The translations under genes were made by a program, and so were the position numbers. A DNA stretch of 57,165 nt from an uncultured virus (IMG/VR IMGVR_UViG_3300042453_003546) (lineage: Duplodnaviria; Heunggongvirae; Uroviricota; Caudoviricetes). Shown here piece after piece: positions 32,102-42,231 of the stretch (position 1 is its first letter; each line of letters starts with the position of its first letter). The stretch lies in IMG/VR virus record IMGVR_UViG_3300042453_003546, one strand, 5' to 3'. The notes under the pieces were generated by a model, which searched no databases, was not told where the DNA came from, and worked only from the letters and a program-made list of their open reading frames with translations.

Positions 32102-33210
32102 TAGCTTCTAGTAACTTTGAAAATCCATTTATCGTCATATACCTGATAAGTATTCACTGATCCAGAATTTGGTACTCTAATCAACATTCTATAATATCTT
32201 TCAGGTTGAAAACTATCCAAATGAAGTTTCACGTAGTTACTTGTTCCATCATCACTAATCTTAGTATAATCACTAAAGTTGATTATTATATCATCATTAT
32301 GAGCACTATAAACAGCATACTGTGATCCAGTTGGTAGTCTGTATGATGTTAGATAGAGTGACGAGGTTTGAAAAACTGGAGTGGGATATCTATATCTTGG
32401 TGCTATGCGAATTTTTGGTGTTGAGCTCTCACTATAAGAAGATTTTAAATTTGTAAACACCAAGTTAAAATCATCTTCTGTATTAATTTGGGTTAGTGTA
32501 GCAGTTGATACACTATCATCGTATTTAGCTTCTATAACTGGTAGATAGACGGTATGGGTATCCTTACTAAAAAATTTAAGACTATTGAATACGTTTGTTG
32601 ATGACTCGTCAGCGTCTGATTTTTTAATTATAATACCATTGAAGCTTATAGACCCAGATTGCACTAGATTAACAATTGGTGTGATATCCATATCCACATC
32701 GGATGTGGTATAATTAAAGGACTGGCTGGCTACACTTGATGTAAACCATGTACCACCACCTGCTGTTGTTGACCATGACGCTGTGACTGTTGTTGCATGT
32801 GAACTAGTAGGCCATGCTGAGTTTAGATCGTCAAGCGATTCTCTATATCTCCAACTTACTCCTGCTGTTGTTTGTGGAATGTTACCATAGCGACCAATTC
32901 CCATATTCCAACTGCCACTAATTGGATATGCATAAAGAGTATAATTGACAGGTACCTCCTTTGCTTCTGCCACATACATTTTTAAACTATACTTGAAGCT
33001 ATTGGGATTGTATCCTAAGCTCACAATACTTGATGATATTGCCGTATAATCAAAATCCAATAAGACTCTAGAATTATAACTACCCGATGTAGCACTACCA
33101 GTAGCAATGATATTTTTGCTAATTTCTAGAATAGCATCCAACCCAGTATTTCTATTTGGATACTGTTCATAAATTGTAGCGTCTCTTGTAGGATAGAATT
33201 TTAATATCAT
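32101..33210 (-). CDS. DNRLRE-like domain baseplate-region protein
   Basis: PTRDATIYE..P..NTG.D..LEI...SRVLLDFD...NGIIIK...FFSKDT. Confidence 0.6.
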   Translation of the reverse strand: MILKFYPTRDATIYEQYPNRNTGLDAILEISKNIIATGSATSGSYNSRVLLDFDYTAISSSIVSLGYNPNSFKYSLKMYVAEAKEVPVNYTLYAYPISGSWNMGIGRYGNIPQTTAGVSWRYRESLDDLNSAWPTSSHATTVTASWSTTAGGGTWFTSSVASQSFNYTTSDVDMDITPIVNLVQSGSISFNGIIIKKSDADESSTNVFNSLKFFSKDTHTVYLPVIEAKYDDSVSTATLTQINTEDDFNLVFTNLKSSYSESSTPKIRIAPRYRYPTPVFQTSSLYLTSYRLPTGSQYAVYSAHNDDIIINFSDYTKISDDGTSNYVKLHLDSFQPERYYRMLIRVPNSGSVNTYQVYDDKWIFKVTRS

Positions 33211-33212
33211 AG

Positions 33213-35105
33213 TTAGAATGTTACTACACGACCTTTAATATCGTTGTTAGGGTATTTGACTTCAAACATTGCTGGATCCAAGCTAGGATATACAATGCCA
33301 TTTCTTGTTGCCTCACTAATGCTATAAGCTATATTACTATAACCAGCTAATTCATCATTAAGATTTTTAACTCGCACATCTACAACCGTCTGAACTCCTT
33401 TGATTGTTAAGATTGTATTAATTATATCACTGTAGATAATTGGTTGGTTAATTTGCCACTTATCATTATCAAAAAAGCTTTTTAGGGCGTTAATGCAATT
33501 TAATAATACCTCATTTGCATTGAAGTTTGGTAAAGTTACAATATCAAAATCAACTCCAATATTAACAACATAAGCATCTCTTAAATTAATACTATCCGTC
33601 AACATTCTATACTGACTAAGGTAATTTTTTAAATTTTCCTTTACAGCTCTATTGACGGTGGTTAGGTTTTTATTATTATCATAACCTAACAAGTACATGT
33701 TTAATGCTAATGGGTTTGCAACAGTATCATTCACCTCAGATGTACCAATATTATTTTGTTCATCGGGAGTAATAAACACCTTTGCTACGCTACCAAATAC
33801 ATTTGGCATGCCATATGCTCTTACTATATAATCTTCTCTTGTTACCGCTCTATTTTGCGATGCAAGTTGTGCAATTGCATTTTGACGAATTTCTTCTAAT
33901 GTTTCCGACCCTCTACCTCCAGTTGCCGATGTAGGATTATTTACTGCAACTGAATTTAATATAGTCGAATTAAGTGCAGGATTTGTAGTTGGTAAATTAG
34001 ATGCACTAGTATCAATGGCTGTAATTTCTGTGATCGTATTACTTGGTACATTTGCTGAAATTCCACCACCTACTAAATACGTTACCGTTAGTGTCGTATT
34101 ACTTGGTACAATACCATACGCACCCGTAATTACTGGAGCAGCTGGATCAATAGACCAATCGATATCATCCTTTCCAGTTGGTAGTGATAATCCAATATTC
34201 TCTGGAGTGGCTAGTAACTCTTCATCAGCGTTAGAACTTATCCCAGATCCAAACTGAACCTCAATACCCCTATCTGTTACCCTTGTTATAAATCTTCTTG
34301 GAACTCTCTTTAATTTTAAAAGATATGGTGTATCATTACTATATACAGCAGCATCCGGATCATTAAAAGCTGTGTTTTGTACCTGCTCAAATATAGTATC
34401 CTGAGCTAAATATGGTACCTCATACCAAGTATTTCCGTCAGAGTCGATGATGGATTGGATTCCTATTAGGTTTTCTGCTTCAACTAAAAACTTATAAAAC
34501 TTAGTCACTCCAGTAATCTCAACCGTAGTTGTAACTGGAATAGCTGAGATAGCTTTTACTGTTTTTTTAGCTAAAAAATAATTTGGTGCGCCACTCCCAT
34601 CAATGCTGTATACAGAGATGGTTGTTGGATCAAAAATATTATTAATAGAGAAGTCTACTTTATTCTGTATTATGAATTCGATATTGCCTGCCGAGCTTCT
34701 AGCACGCATTCCTGGATTAATTTTTACCGCATACCTTGTGTCAGGTACAACCGCAGTACTACTTCCAGATGGTGGTAGTAGTTGAAAAATATCGATATCT
34801 ACGATAGATGGTACGCTTACTTTTGGTTTATATCCCATTGCAGCTGCAATAGATAAAACACTCCGTCTTTCAGTAGCGTGTAGTAATAAATTTTCTTTGA
34901 ATTGAGAGTCAATATAGTAATTCAAAACATCACCAACATAAGCAGCCATTTCAACAAACATCATTCCTGGGGAAGCTTCATTGAAGTCGTTGTATGTATT
35001 TGGATAGTATATTCTAGCAAAATCGATTAGACCCTTTTTGAGTGAATCAAAATCTCTACCAAAATACTTAATATCCTTAGATGTTGTTTTTGAAATATTG
35101 GCCAT
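33213..35105 (-). CDS. Baseplate wedge protein, T4 gp6/J-like
   Basis: RDFDSLK..L...YNDFNEASPG...AYVGDVL.YY.D; GGRGSETLEEIR...QNRAVTREDY. Confidence 0.92.
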   Translation of the reverse strand: MANISKTTSKDIKYFGRDFDSLKKGLIDFARIYYPNTYNDFNEASPGMMFVEMAAYVGDVLNYYIDSQFKENLLLHATERRSVLSIAAAMGYKPKVSVPSIVDIDIFQLLPPSGSSTAVVPDTRYAVKINPGMRARSSAGNIEFIIQNKVDFSINNIFDPTTISVYSIDGSGAPNYFLAKKTVKAISAIPVTTTVEITGVTKFYKFLVEAENLIGIQSIIDSDGNTWYEVPYLAQDTIFEQVQNTAFNDPDAAVYSNDTPYLLKLKRVPRRFITRVTDRGIEVQFGSGISSNADEELLATPENIGLSLPTGKDDIDWSIDPAAPVITGAYGIVPSNTTLTVTYLVGGGISANVPSNTITEITAIDTSASNLPTTNPALNSTILNSVAVNNPTSATGGRGSETLEEIRQNAIAQLASQNRAVTREDYIVRAYGMPNVFGSVAKVFITPDEQNNIGTSEVNDTVANPLALNMYLLGYDNNKNLTTVNRAVKENLKNYLSQYRMLTDSINLRDAYVVNIGVDFDIVTLPNFNANEVLLNCINALKSFFDNDKWQINQPIIYSDIINTILTIKGVQTVVDVRVKNLNDELAGYSNIAYSISEATRNGIVYPSLDPAMFEVKYPNNDIKGRVVTF

Positions 35106-35106
35106 G

Positions 35107-35532
35107 TTATGCTGCGTTATTTATCACCTCTACCTGAATTGATCTAGTATCGAATTTATTACCTTCTAAGCTTATTCTCATTGTTATGAAAACTCGATTA
35201 CGATCTGGATCAGTTGTGATAGTGAGCTCATTAATAAATATGTAAGGTAACCAATAATCAAAGCTACTTCTTATAGTATCCTCTATCTTTGGAAGTAGAT
35301 CATCTGAAATATTCTCAAATAGTAACGAACGTAAATCACAACCAAAGTCTGGCTGCATAATTCTCTCACCTTTATTTGTGTAAAGTAGGTTTTTTGAATT
35401 TGCTACTGCCTGATCGATTGTAGTATACGTTTGCTGAAATCCAGCCCCTGTACTAGTCATCATTGGTAGATCAACACCAATAGCTATATCAGGTTCAAAA
35501 TCTAATGGATGTATTTTAATTTCGATTGCCAT
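35107..35532 (-). CDS. Baseplate wedge subunit, T4 gp25-like
   Basis: NLLYTNKGERIMQPDFGCDL..LLFE...YWLPYI. Confidence 0.92.
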   Translation of the reverse strand: MAIEIKIHPLDFEPDIAIGVDLPMMTSTGAGFQQTYTTIDQAVANSKNLLYTNKGERIMQPDFGCDLRSLLFENISDDLLPKIEDTIRSSFDYWLPYIFINELTITTDPDRNRVFITMRISLEGNKFDTRSIQVEVINNAA

Positions 35533-35990
35533 TAAATTCTTGTATTATTTGCAATTGCATCAGCCTTTTTTAAGAGGCTAGAATAATCCTTCATTAACGC
35601 TTGAGTTGGATCTCCCGTCATAGTAGCTCTAACTTCGTTTTGTGATATAGTTTGCTGAGGCATAAAGCTGGGAGGAATGTGCTTTGATGTAAACATTTCG
35701 TCCATACTTGGCCATTCTGCTTCAGGATCTTCGTACGGAGCTTCTTGTTGCATAGCCATATAGGTCTCAGCTAGGATATCGGCTAATGGACCTTTAATTC
35801 CTTTGATTTGTGGAGGTATAACCTTCTTCTTGACCGGTTGTGGTGCCTGCTTAGTTATAGCATTTATTTGTGTTGTTGCAGTTTTACCCTCAACCATAAG
35901 CTTCAGAGGTTTTAGTTCTTCTTTTACTATTGATCGAACTTCCTCACGAATAACCTTACGCATGATGTTTACAAATTCAGTCGCCTTCAT
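35532..35990 (-). CDS. Hypothetical protein with RKVIREEVRSIVKEE leader
   Basis: ORF track; TATTTATA upstream; KDYSSLLKK C-terminus. Confidence 0.7.
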   Translation of the reverse strand: MKATEFVNIMRKVIREEVRSIVKEELKPLKLMVEGKTATTQINAITKQAPQPVKKKVIPPQIKGIKGPLADILAETYMAMQQEAPYEDPEAEWPSMDEMFTSKHIPPSFMPQQTISQNEVRATMTGDPTQALMKDYSSLLKKADAIANNTRI

Positions 35991-36021
35991 AATCGGTTTT
36001 ATATATAAATAGTTAAATAAA

Positions 36022-39015
36022 TTAATTGTATCCGGTAAATGGGATAGGAGGTATTCCAGTATTTGCCGGAGGAGTTAATAATCCGGTCATCGATGGTAGT
36101 TGGTTTTCAAAACCTTTTGCTATTTCACGAATCATTGCGGATGCCCCATCAGTTGATTTAGCTTTGATAGGTGTAAATGGACCAATAGTGAATACAACAT
36201 GTTGAGTTCCAGTTTGCCCAGTCCAAGTAGCCCCAGTCCAAAATAATCTTGCCGCTAAGTCAAATGTAAATGTCATAATAGGAGCTTCGATATTAATTTT
36301 CTTTTCTTTAATTTTATCTAATTCTAATTTTGATCTCTCTTCAACTTTCTCTCTTTTCTTCTGAAGCTTCTTTTTTATATTATCAGTAATTTTTTTCAAT
36401 TTTGACCCAATAAACCTAAATAATTTTTTTAATTGTTCTTGTAGCAATTTTATTCCAGTCAAAATAAAGGATTGATTTTTCTCAAGTACGTCCTTGATCT
36501 TTAAAAGAGCTTTTTCTGTTTTTGTACCTTCAAGTCTTTTTATATCACATAGAGATTTAATTGCCTCTCTACTTCTTCTAAGATAACGTGTTTCTAAATC
36601 TACTAACTTAGTTAAAATATTAACATCATTCAATAAATCTAGAGTGAGTGTATTTGCTAAATCAACAACTTGCTTAATACTAGTTGGTGGTTGTTTGAAA
36701 ATATTGAGTATCCTTTCCCATGAACGCTTACCTGGATAATTTTGTTCTAGGGTATTAACAAACTCTTCTAGTTCTTTTAAAAAATCACTCTGTTCAAAAT
36801 CTTTATAAGTTTCTATAACACCAAAAGCTACTGTTTCAATTATTATTAAACCATTAAGATCATCCCGAACTTTAGCTTTTTCTTGTTGTAATTGCTCTTG
36901 CACTGCTGGAGGTTGTCCATCTGATCTATAAGAATAATAACCATCGAGAAAATTTTGTATACTTGATTGGTTATCGGAAAACTTATATCTTCCAGCTATA
37001 ATATTAGATACAAAACCAAAACCTCCAACAGACATCTTAACTATAAACGACACCTTAGTAATTAGACTCTTTACTTGCTCGATCTTATCTTTTAATTTAT
37101 TTAACTTATCTTCTGCTACAGCAACTTTGTCTTTAGGATCTTGCACATCACTCTTTAGTGGAATAAGATTGAGTGCAAATATTTTCAAGTCGTTACCAAA
37201 TTTCTTTAACTTTTCAGTTATAAAAGTTTTAAGCTCTTTTACTTTCTTTTTAAACCACTTCTCAACTTTTTTAAGTTTTGGTTTCAACCATTTAATCACA
37301 AACTTTAAAAATTCAAATACTGAATCAACACGATCTGATAGCCAATTAGCAACACGCGTATTATCAACATCCAACTGATTCTTTTTTTCAGGATCTTGAA
37401 ACTCTTTTATTATATTAATAATTTTTTTAAAATCACGCTCTAAGTCAGTAATCTCCTTTACATACTGTTTAATAGTATCTCTCTTTGCTTCAAAAAATTT
37501 CTTAAAGGTTTGAAATGTGCATTTAGCTTGCGTCATTACTAATGCTACAAGGTTTGCAAATTCTCCCAATCCAGATTGCTCAAAGTAATCTTTTGCTTTT
37601 TTTACTTCTACAATTAATTTTTTTACATCCAACTGACCTAAGATACTATTAAACTGACTAATGTTTTGAGGTAAGCTGGTTGGAAGGTTGGTGATTGATG
37701 GTGCTGTAGGTGGTTGTATAGCAGCCACATTTGAGATAATATTTTGACCAGCTTGACTTATTGTCTGTATTTGTTGTTCAATAGATTTTTGGAAATCTAA
37801 AATTTCTTTCTTAATCGTTTCGAATTCTAACTTAGCTCCCTCTACTAAAGAGGTTACTTTACCAACCATAGTAGTTGTTAATTGTATACCCTTAATACCT
37901 AAACGAATACTAGATTGGACTTTTTTAATCTTTTCCTTGTTCTGTTTTTTTAAATCATCAATATTCTTTTTAGCGTTCTTATATAGATTTTGTGCTTTAC
38001 TATCCTTTTTCTTTTTAAGAGACTCTGCAATCTTATCCTGCACTTTTTTCTGAACATCCATGAGTTTCTTTTGTAACTTATCGCGGATTTCTTTAATTTT
38101 ATCTTTAACGCGTTTTTCTAATAGTTTTAATTTAGGTTGAATATATCGTATAAAAAAATCAAATCGTCTTACTTTTTCATAAACACGTTTTATCCTATCT
38201 CTTCCAGAAGCTAACCCTTTCAAAAAATCGATAATTTTTGTAGGATCGATAACGGCTTCTGCAAACTTTAAAAATTCCTTTGCTATAGCAAATAAGCGAT
38301 CTCTAAGATACTTTTTAGCAATCTGTTGAGGAGTATTTACAGATAACCTTCTCTCTACTTGTTGTGCGTGTTGTACTACAAACAAAGTAAGATCACGAAT
38401 AGCAGCAACATTAGTTAACTTAAAATTTTTAAAAGTCTCAAACAATCTTAGCTCTTCTGCAAATATAGTACGAAACTCTTGTTCGCCAAACTCAACTTTA
38501 TAGCCATCAATTACACGAAAGATACCCTTTACATTTTCTATTTGCTCTTTTATTTCATCCTCTATATCTTTTATAATTTCAGCAATACGTCTTGGTAATT
38601 CAGCAACTTCTTTGGTAATGAGTTGAACTTGTGTAATTAGGGCTCTAACTTGACTATATCTTACTTTGATCTTTTCAATAAGCTGCTTGACAGTTACAAT
38701 CAAACCTTCAATTGAAGCTTTATCTAATGAAAACTCTTTTGCTAGATAGTAGGCTCTAATTATGTTATACATAACTTGCTTTTTACTATCTGCAGTGTTA
38801 AAAGATGAAGCACCAATTGGAAAAGGGGGCGGTGCTGTTGGATTGAGGCCTGGTGCTGGGAGTGTAACTGGAACACCTTGTGGTAAGCCTGTTTTAATTG
38901 TATTCACATATGCTTCAGTTATGGCTTCTGCCCAACTATCTGCCCCATCGATAAGTCCATTATCAAGCTGAGTTAATAGAGGTTGAGTAAATGTGCTTTC
39001 AAAGTTGTATGGCAT
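36022..39015 (-). CDS. Large Lys-rich helical/coiled-coil protein in baseplate hub module
   Basis: 997 aa, Pro-rich termini flanking long amphipathic helices. Confidence 0.6.
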   Translation of the reverse strand: MPYNFESTFTQPLLTQLDNGLIDGADSWAEAITEAYVNTIKTGLPQGVPVTLPAPGLNPTAPPPFPIGASSFNTADSKKQVMYNIIRAYYLAKEFSLDKASIEGLIVTVKQLIEKIKVRYSQVRALITQVQLITKEVAELPRRIAEIIKDIEDEIKEQIENVKGIFRVIDGYKVEFGEQEFRTIFAEELRLFETFKNFKLTNVAAIRDLTLFVVQHAQQVERRLSVNTPQQIAKKYLRDRLFAIAKEFLKFAEAVIDPTKIIDFLKGLASGRDRIKRVYEKVRRFDFFIRYIQPKLKLLEKRVKDKIKEIRDKLQKKLMDVQKKVQDKIAESLKKKKDSKAQNLYKNAKKNIDDLKKQNKEKIKKVQSSIRLGIKGIQLTTTMVGKVTSLVEGAKLEFETIKKEILDFQKSIEQQIQTISQAGQNIISNVAAIQPPTAPSITNLPTSLPQNISQFNSILGQLDVKKLIVEVKKAKDYFEQSGLGEFANLVALVMTQAKCTFQTFKKFFEAKRDTIKQYVKEITDLERDFKKIINIIKEFQDPEKKNQLDVDNTRVANWLSDRVDSVFEFLKFVIKWLKPKLKKVEKWFKKKVKELKTFITEKLKKFGNDLKIFALNLIPLKSDVQDPKDKVAVAEDKLNKLKDKIEQVKSLITKVSFIVKMSVGGFGFVSNIIAGRYKFSDNQSSIQNFLDGYYSYRSDGQPPAVQEQLQQEKAKVRDDLNGLIIIETVAFGVIETYKDFEQSDFLKELEEFVNTLEQNYPGKRSWERILNIFKQPPTSIKQVVDLANTLTLDLLNDVNILTKLVDLETRYLRRSREAIKSLCDIKRLEGTKTEKALLKIKDVLEKNQSFILTGIKLLQEQLKKLFRFIGSKLKKITDNIKKKLQKKREKVEERSKLELDKIKEKKINIEAPIMTFTFDLAARLFWTGATWTGQTGTQHVVFTIGPFTPIKAKSTDGASAMIREIAKGFENQLPSMTGLLTPPANTGIPPIPFTGYN

Positions 39016-39016
39016 A

Positions 39017-40384
39017 CTATATAGGAAACTGTCCTTGTGCTAAACCTAAATCTGTATAAAATCTATTTGCATTTGTACCTTGTATTGATGCATACGGACC
39101 ATTTCTTGCTCTATCTGGTAAGTATTCAAAATGCCACTCCTCAGATCTTACCGTACGGATAAATCCAAACTTATATGAGTTTTTGATAAGCCATGAGTAT
39201 ATTGTCGAGTTCAAGGCTGGAAAGCCTGGAGTGTTTCGACTACCAGTGTTTAAGTCAATCGCAATACCACTACCATGATTTGATGTACCTGGTGCTGCTG
39301 TTGCAGCATTATATTGACTGGCTCCTGCTCTAAATATAAAGTCCTCATCAGTACCGGCATAAGTAGTTCTACCAACCCATCGACTCCTATCCCTACGCAA
39401 TGATTCTTGTGTAACAATTGTTATAGTATTTCCAGCCGAAGTACGAGCAGTAGTATTTGGACCAAACGCAGGACGAAAACCAGAAACTACAACTAAGTTT
39501 ATTCCTTGTCTACTTGCTTCATCTTTCATATCCAGAAAAGCAAGTGCAACTGGTCTCCACACCGGTTGTCTATTAACAACAACTAAATCGAGAACCCTTC
39601 TATCATTTGAAAGAATGTTATTTGCACCAATTACAGTTTCGAGGTTACCACGATCAGAGGAGCTATTTACAGTTGGTTGGGTGACCGCAAGTACTTGCTC
39701 CGCTGTCGTACTAAAACTTGATGGCGTTAAAGCACCTTTGAGATGTCGAGAAACAATCTTTCTCAATTCCTCTTGTTTATTAGCTGCTGATATTATTTGA
39801 TTTCTAACTTCATTTGTACCTAAATAGTATAAGCCTTTATCTAAATAGATCACAAAACCATACTTCACACTATTATTTAATAGCCATTTCTGAACTTCAG
39901 TACTTCGAAATACCTCTGCAGAGTCTGGAATTATTAATCGTCCAGTTCTGCGAGGATCTGTGTCAATTTTAGTTGGTATATCGTACGATATCACTCTACC
40001 AGGCCAAGTCTGAAGTGCTGCTAAAGCAGGAATGGGTGAAATGGTTGGAAGAGGTGTTAGTGGTGGTTCATAATCAGTATCCGATAAACTATCTAAGTAA
40101 GTTTTGAGATCGTCAAAACTACCAGTAGCGCTTACAATATCCGCAATAGGCTTTGATGGATCTAGCAATCCTTTAATCTCTACCGGTGGTTTATCCGTTT
40201 TATCCTTCACCCTTTTTCTCAATTCATCTGCTACTTCGTACTTTGATAGATAACTAGTTTTAATTGTTAACAATACTCCTTTATCGTTTTGTAAAGCACG
40301 AGCCATTTGATCAAAATCTCGTTGAGCATTTTCAAATACAACTGCTTGTCCAACTTGCACACATCTGTTTTTTATACTTGCCAT
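39017..40384 (-). CDS. M15 (VanY-like) D-Ala-D-Ala peptidase / peptidoglycan hydrolase
   Basis: SGFR...AAPGTSNHGSGIAIDL...YSWL..NSYKFGF...EEWHFEY. Confidence 0.88.
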   Translation of the reverse strand: MASIKNRCVQVGQAVVFENAQRDFDQMARALQNDKGVLLTIKTSYLSKYEVADELRKRVKDKTDKPPVEIKGLLDPSKPIADIVSATGSFDDLKTYLDSLSDTDYEPPLTPLPTISPIPALAALQTWPGRVISYDIPTKIDTDPRRTGRLIIPDSAEVFRSTEVQKWLLNNSVKYGFVIYLDKGLYYLGTNEVRNQIISAANKQEELRKIVSRHLKGALTPSSFSTTAEQVLAVTQPTVNSSSDRGNLETVIGANNILSNDRRVLDLVVVNRQPVWRPVALAFLDMKDEASRQGINLVVVSGFRPAFGPNTTARTSAGNTITIVTQESLRRDRSRWVGRTTYAGTDEDFIFRAGASQYNAATAAPGTSNHGSGIAIDLNTGSRNTPGFPALNSTIYSWLIKNSYKFGFIRTVRSEEWHFEYLPDRARNGPYASIQGTNANRFYTDLGLAQGQFPI

Positions 40385-40387
40385 AAC

Positions 40388-41296
40388 TTATAGTGTATCG
40401 TTATATAATGTTTGTGTTTCAAAAAAGTCCGGCTGATTAGCTAATGGACTTGCAATTGTAGTTGATGCTCCGCTACCTGTAGTATTATCACCAGAAGCCG
40501 TACCAGTAAACGTACCAGCCACAGTTCCGGTAATAGTGGTTGGAGGTTCAGTTACTATCTTAGGTGGTGTTGGTGGTGGATCAACAGCCTCATGACTAAT
40601 ACCATCTACATACCCATATGTACTAAGCATTTCTGGTATTCTTGATTGAAGACAAGCTAATTCATACATGGTATCTTCGCGAAAATAAGCCTTTCCAACT
40701 GGAGTTAATATTGTTGCATTTTTTATAATCACAAGCAAGTCTTCGAGTATATTAGCGAGCTTAGTACCTAATACTAAAGGTTCATATTCATTATCGATTG
40801 TGGCTTCTGCCTTTGTACTCGGAGATTTTGTATTACCAGTCGATGCACCTTTTCCAGGCACTCCTAAAAACAAACCATCATCACCATATATTGTTATAGC
40901 ATCATCCGCATCAATATTCACATTACCAGGAGATGAAATAGCAATACCTGATTCACCGAAGAGCATTAAATAATCAGCGCGTGAGTTTAATATAATTCTA
41001 TCGGAATTGATTAAAACCTGACTACCACCAAAGTTATTTTGTTTAACACCCTTCCCATCCTTTAAACTAAGCAATACATTCAAATCTTGTTTAGCTCCTG
41101 GTAAGGTAGTAGAAAAAGTTAAATCCTCTAAAGGAAACTCAATCTTAGGTAATTGTGGTACACTTATGTTTACATTACCAGCAAAGGTACCTTGTACTGG
41201 AGTTCCAGCTGGATTAGCCTGATCAGTTGGTGCTTGCGCTAAACCACCATTAGATTCAAGTGCTTGCTTATATTGACCATAATTTATTTCTGCCAT
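40388..41296 (-). CDS. Baseplate spike, gp5 C-terminal (beta-helix)-like
   Basis: SQVLINSDRIILNSR...GIAISS.GNVNIDA...EPLVLGTKL. Confidence 0.65.
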   Translation of the reverse strand: MAEINYGQYKQALESNGGLAQAPTDQANPAGTPVQGTFAGNVNISVPQLPKIEFPLEDLTFSTTLPGAKQDLNVLLSLKDGKGVKQNNFGGSQVLINSDRIILNSRADYLMLFGESGIAISSPGNVNIDADDAITIYGDDGLFLGVPGKGASTGNTKSPSTKAEATIDNEYEPLVLGTKLANILEDLLVIIKNATILTPVGKAYFREDTMYELACLQSRIPEMLSTYGYVDGISHEAVDPPPTPPKIVTEPPTTITGTVAGTFTGTASGDNTTGSGASTTIASPLANQPDFFETQTLYNDTL

Positions 41297-42225
41297 TATC
41301 CAGGTATTTGAATTGAGAGAGTTTTATATATCTCAGCTTTTACTTTTAGATGCTGTAATTCTGCTTGTGATAATTGATACTCCCCTTTCGAGTTTAAACA
41401 AAAAGTTTCATTTATTTTTACTAAAGTAGCTACGTTTGAATACTTTGGATCATTCACTAATCGCCTCAACCACCCAGTTCGAAAAACAGCATTTTTACTT
41501 CCAGGCTTACTTATATCTAATATATATTGAACTCGTCTTTCGATTAACTTTACGGCAAATTCTGGAGTACGATCTCCTAAACTAATACACCAAGTTGGAA
41601 ACTGACCAATATTACCATTCCAACCAAAAGACCTCGCCACCTCATCAAACCCACCATTACTAAATAAACCAGCACCAGAACCCCAAACTCCTTCCGAAAT
41701 AAACCACCCTAAAAAGGGATCCTCAGTCATTATGGCTAATGGAAATCTACAGTACTTGTCTGAGAGGAATTTATATAACCACAAGCCAGCAATCTTCTCA
41801 TCTGAGAGTAGTGCATATAACACTTGTTTGCCAACTTGTTTATCTTTTTTCCAAGTTGGCTGCCTATTATTGAAATTTATAGCTGCATTTGAAACAGCAG
41901 GAATACCAGTATTGATTAGCACATCGTCAAATGTTGACCATAGGGTTACAAGAATTACACCTCTCATTGTAGCACCTCCAGAATCGCTAGGATGATCACT
42001 CCAAGTTCCTTCCCAATAATGGGTTGTTGGTATAATAATATTTTCTATAAGTCTAGTCAGTGGTGGTATGCTTATTGTTGGTACCGATACAATTCCTGCA
42101 GAGGTGATAGCTCTCTCTACCATCTTTTGTGAAATAGCCGTTACATTAGCCTTAACTACTGATACTAGTGTATCAAGGTCTTGCTTTAAGCTGGGATTAA
42201 GTGATGGTGGGGTTGTATATGACAT
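41296..42225 (-). CDS. Glycoside hydrolase family 108-like lysozyme
   Basis: EGTWSDHPSDSGGATMRGV (EGG...HP.D.GG.T..GI pattern); F..GWLRR peptidoglycan-binding-like end. Confidence 0.8.
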   Translation of the reverse strand: MSYTTPPSLNPSLKQDLDTLVSVVKANVTAISQKMVERAITSAGIVSVPTISIPPLTRLIENIIIPTTHYWEGTWSDHPSDSGGATMRGVILVTLWSTFDDVLINTGIPAVSNAAINFNNRQPTWKKDKQVGKQVLYALLSDEKIAGLWLYKFLSDKYCRFPLAIMTEDPFLGWFISEGVWGSGAGLFSNGGFDEVARSFGWNGNIGQFPTWCISLGDRTPEFAVKLIERRVQYILDISKPGSKNAVFRTGWLRRLVNDPKYSNVATLVKINETFCLNSKGEYQLSQAELQHLKVKAEIYKTLSIQIPG

Positions 42226-42231
42226 ATAAGG

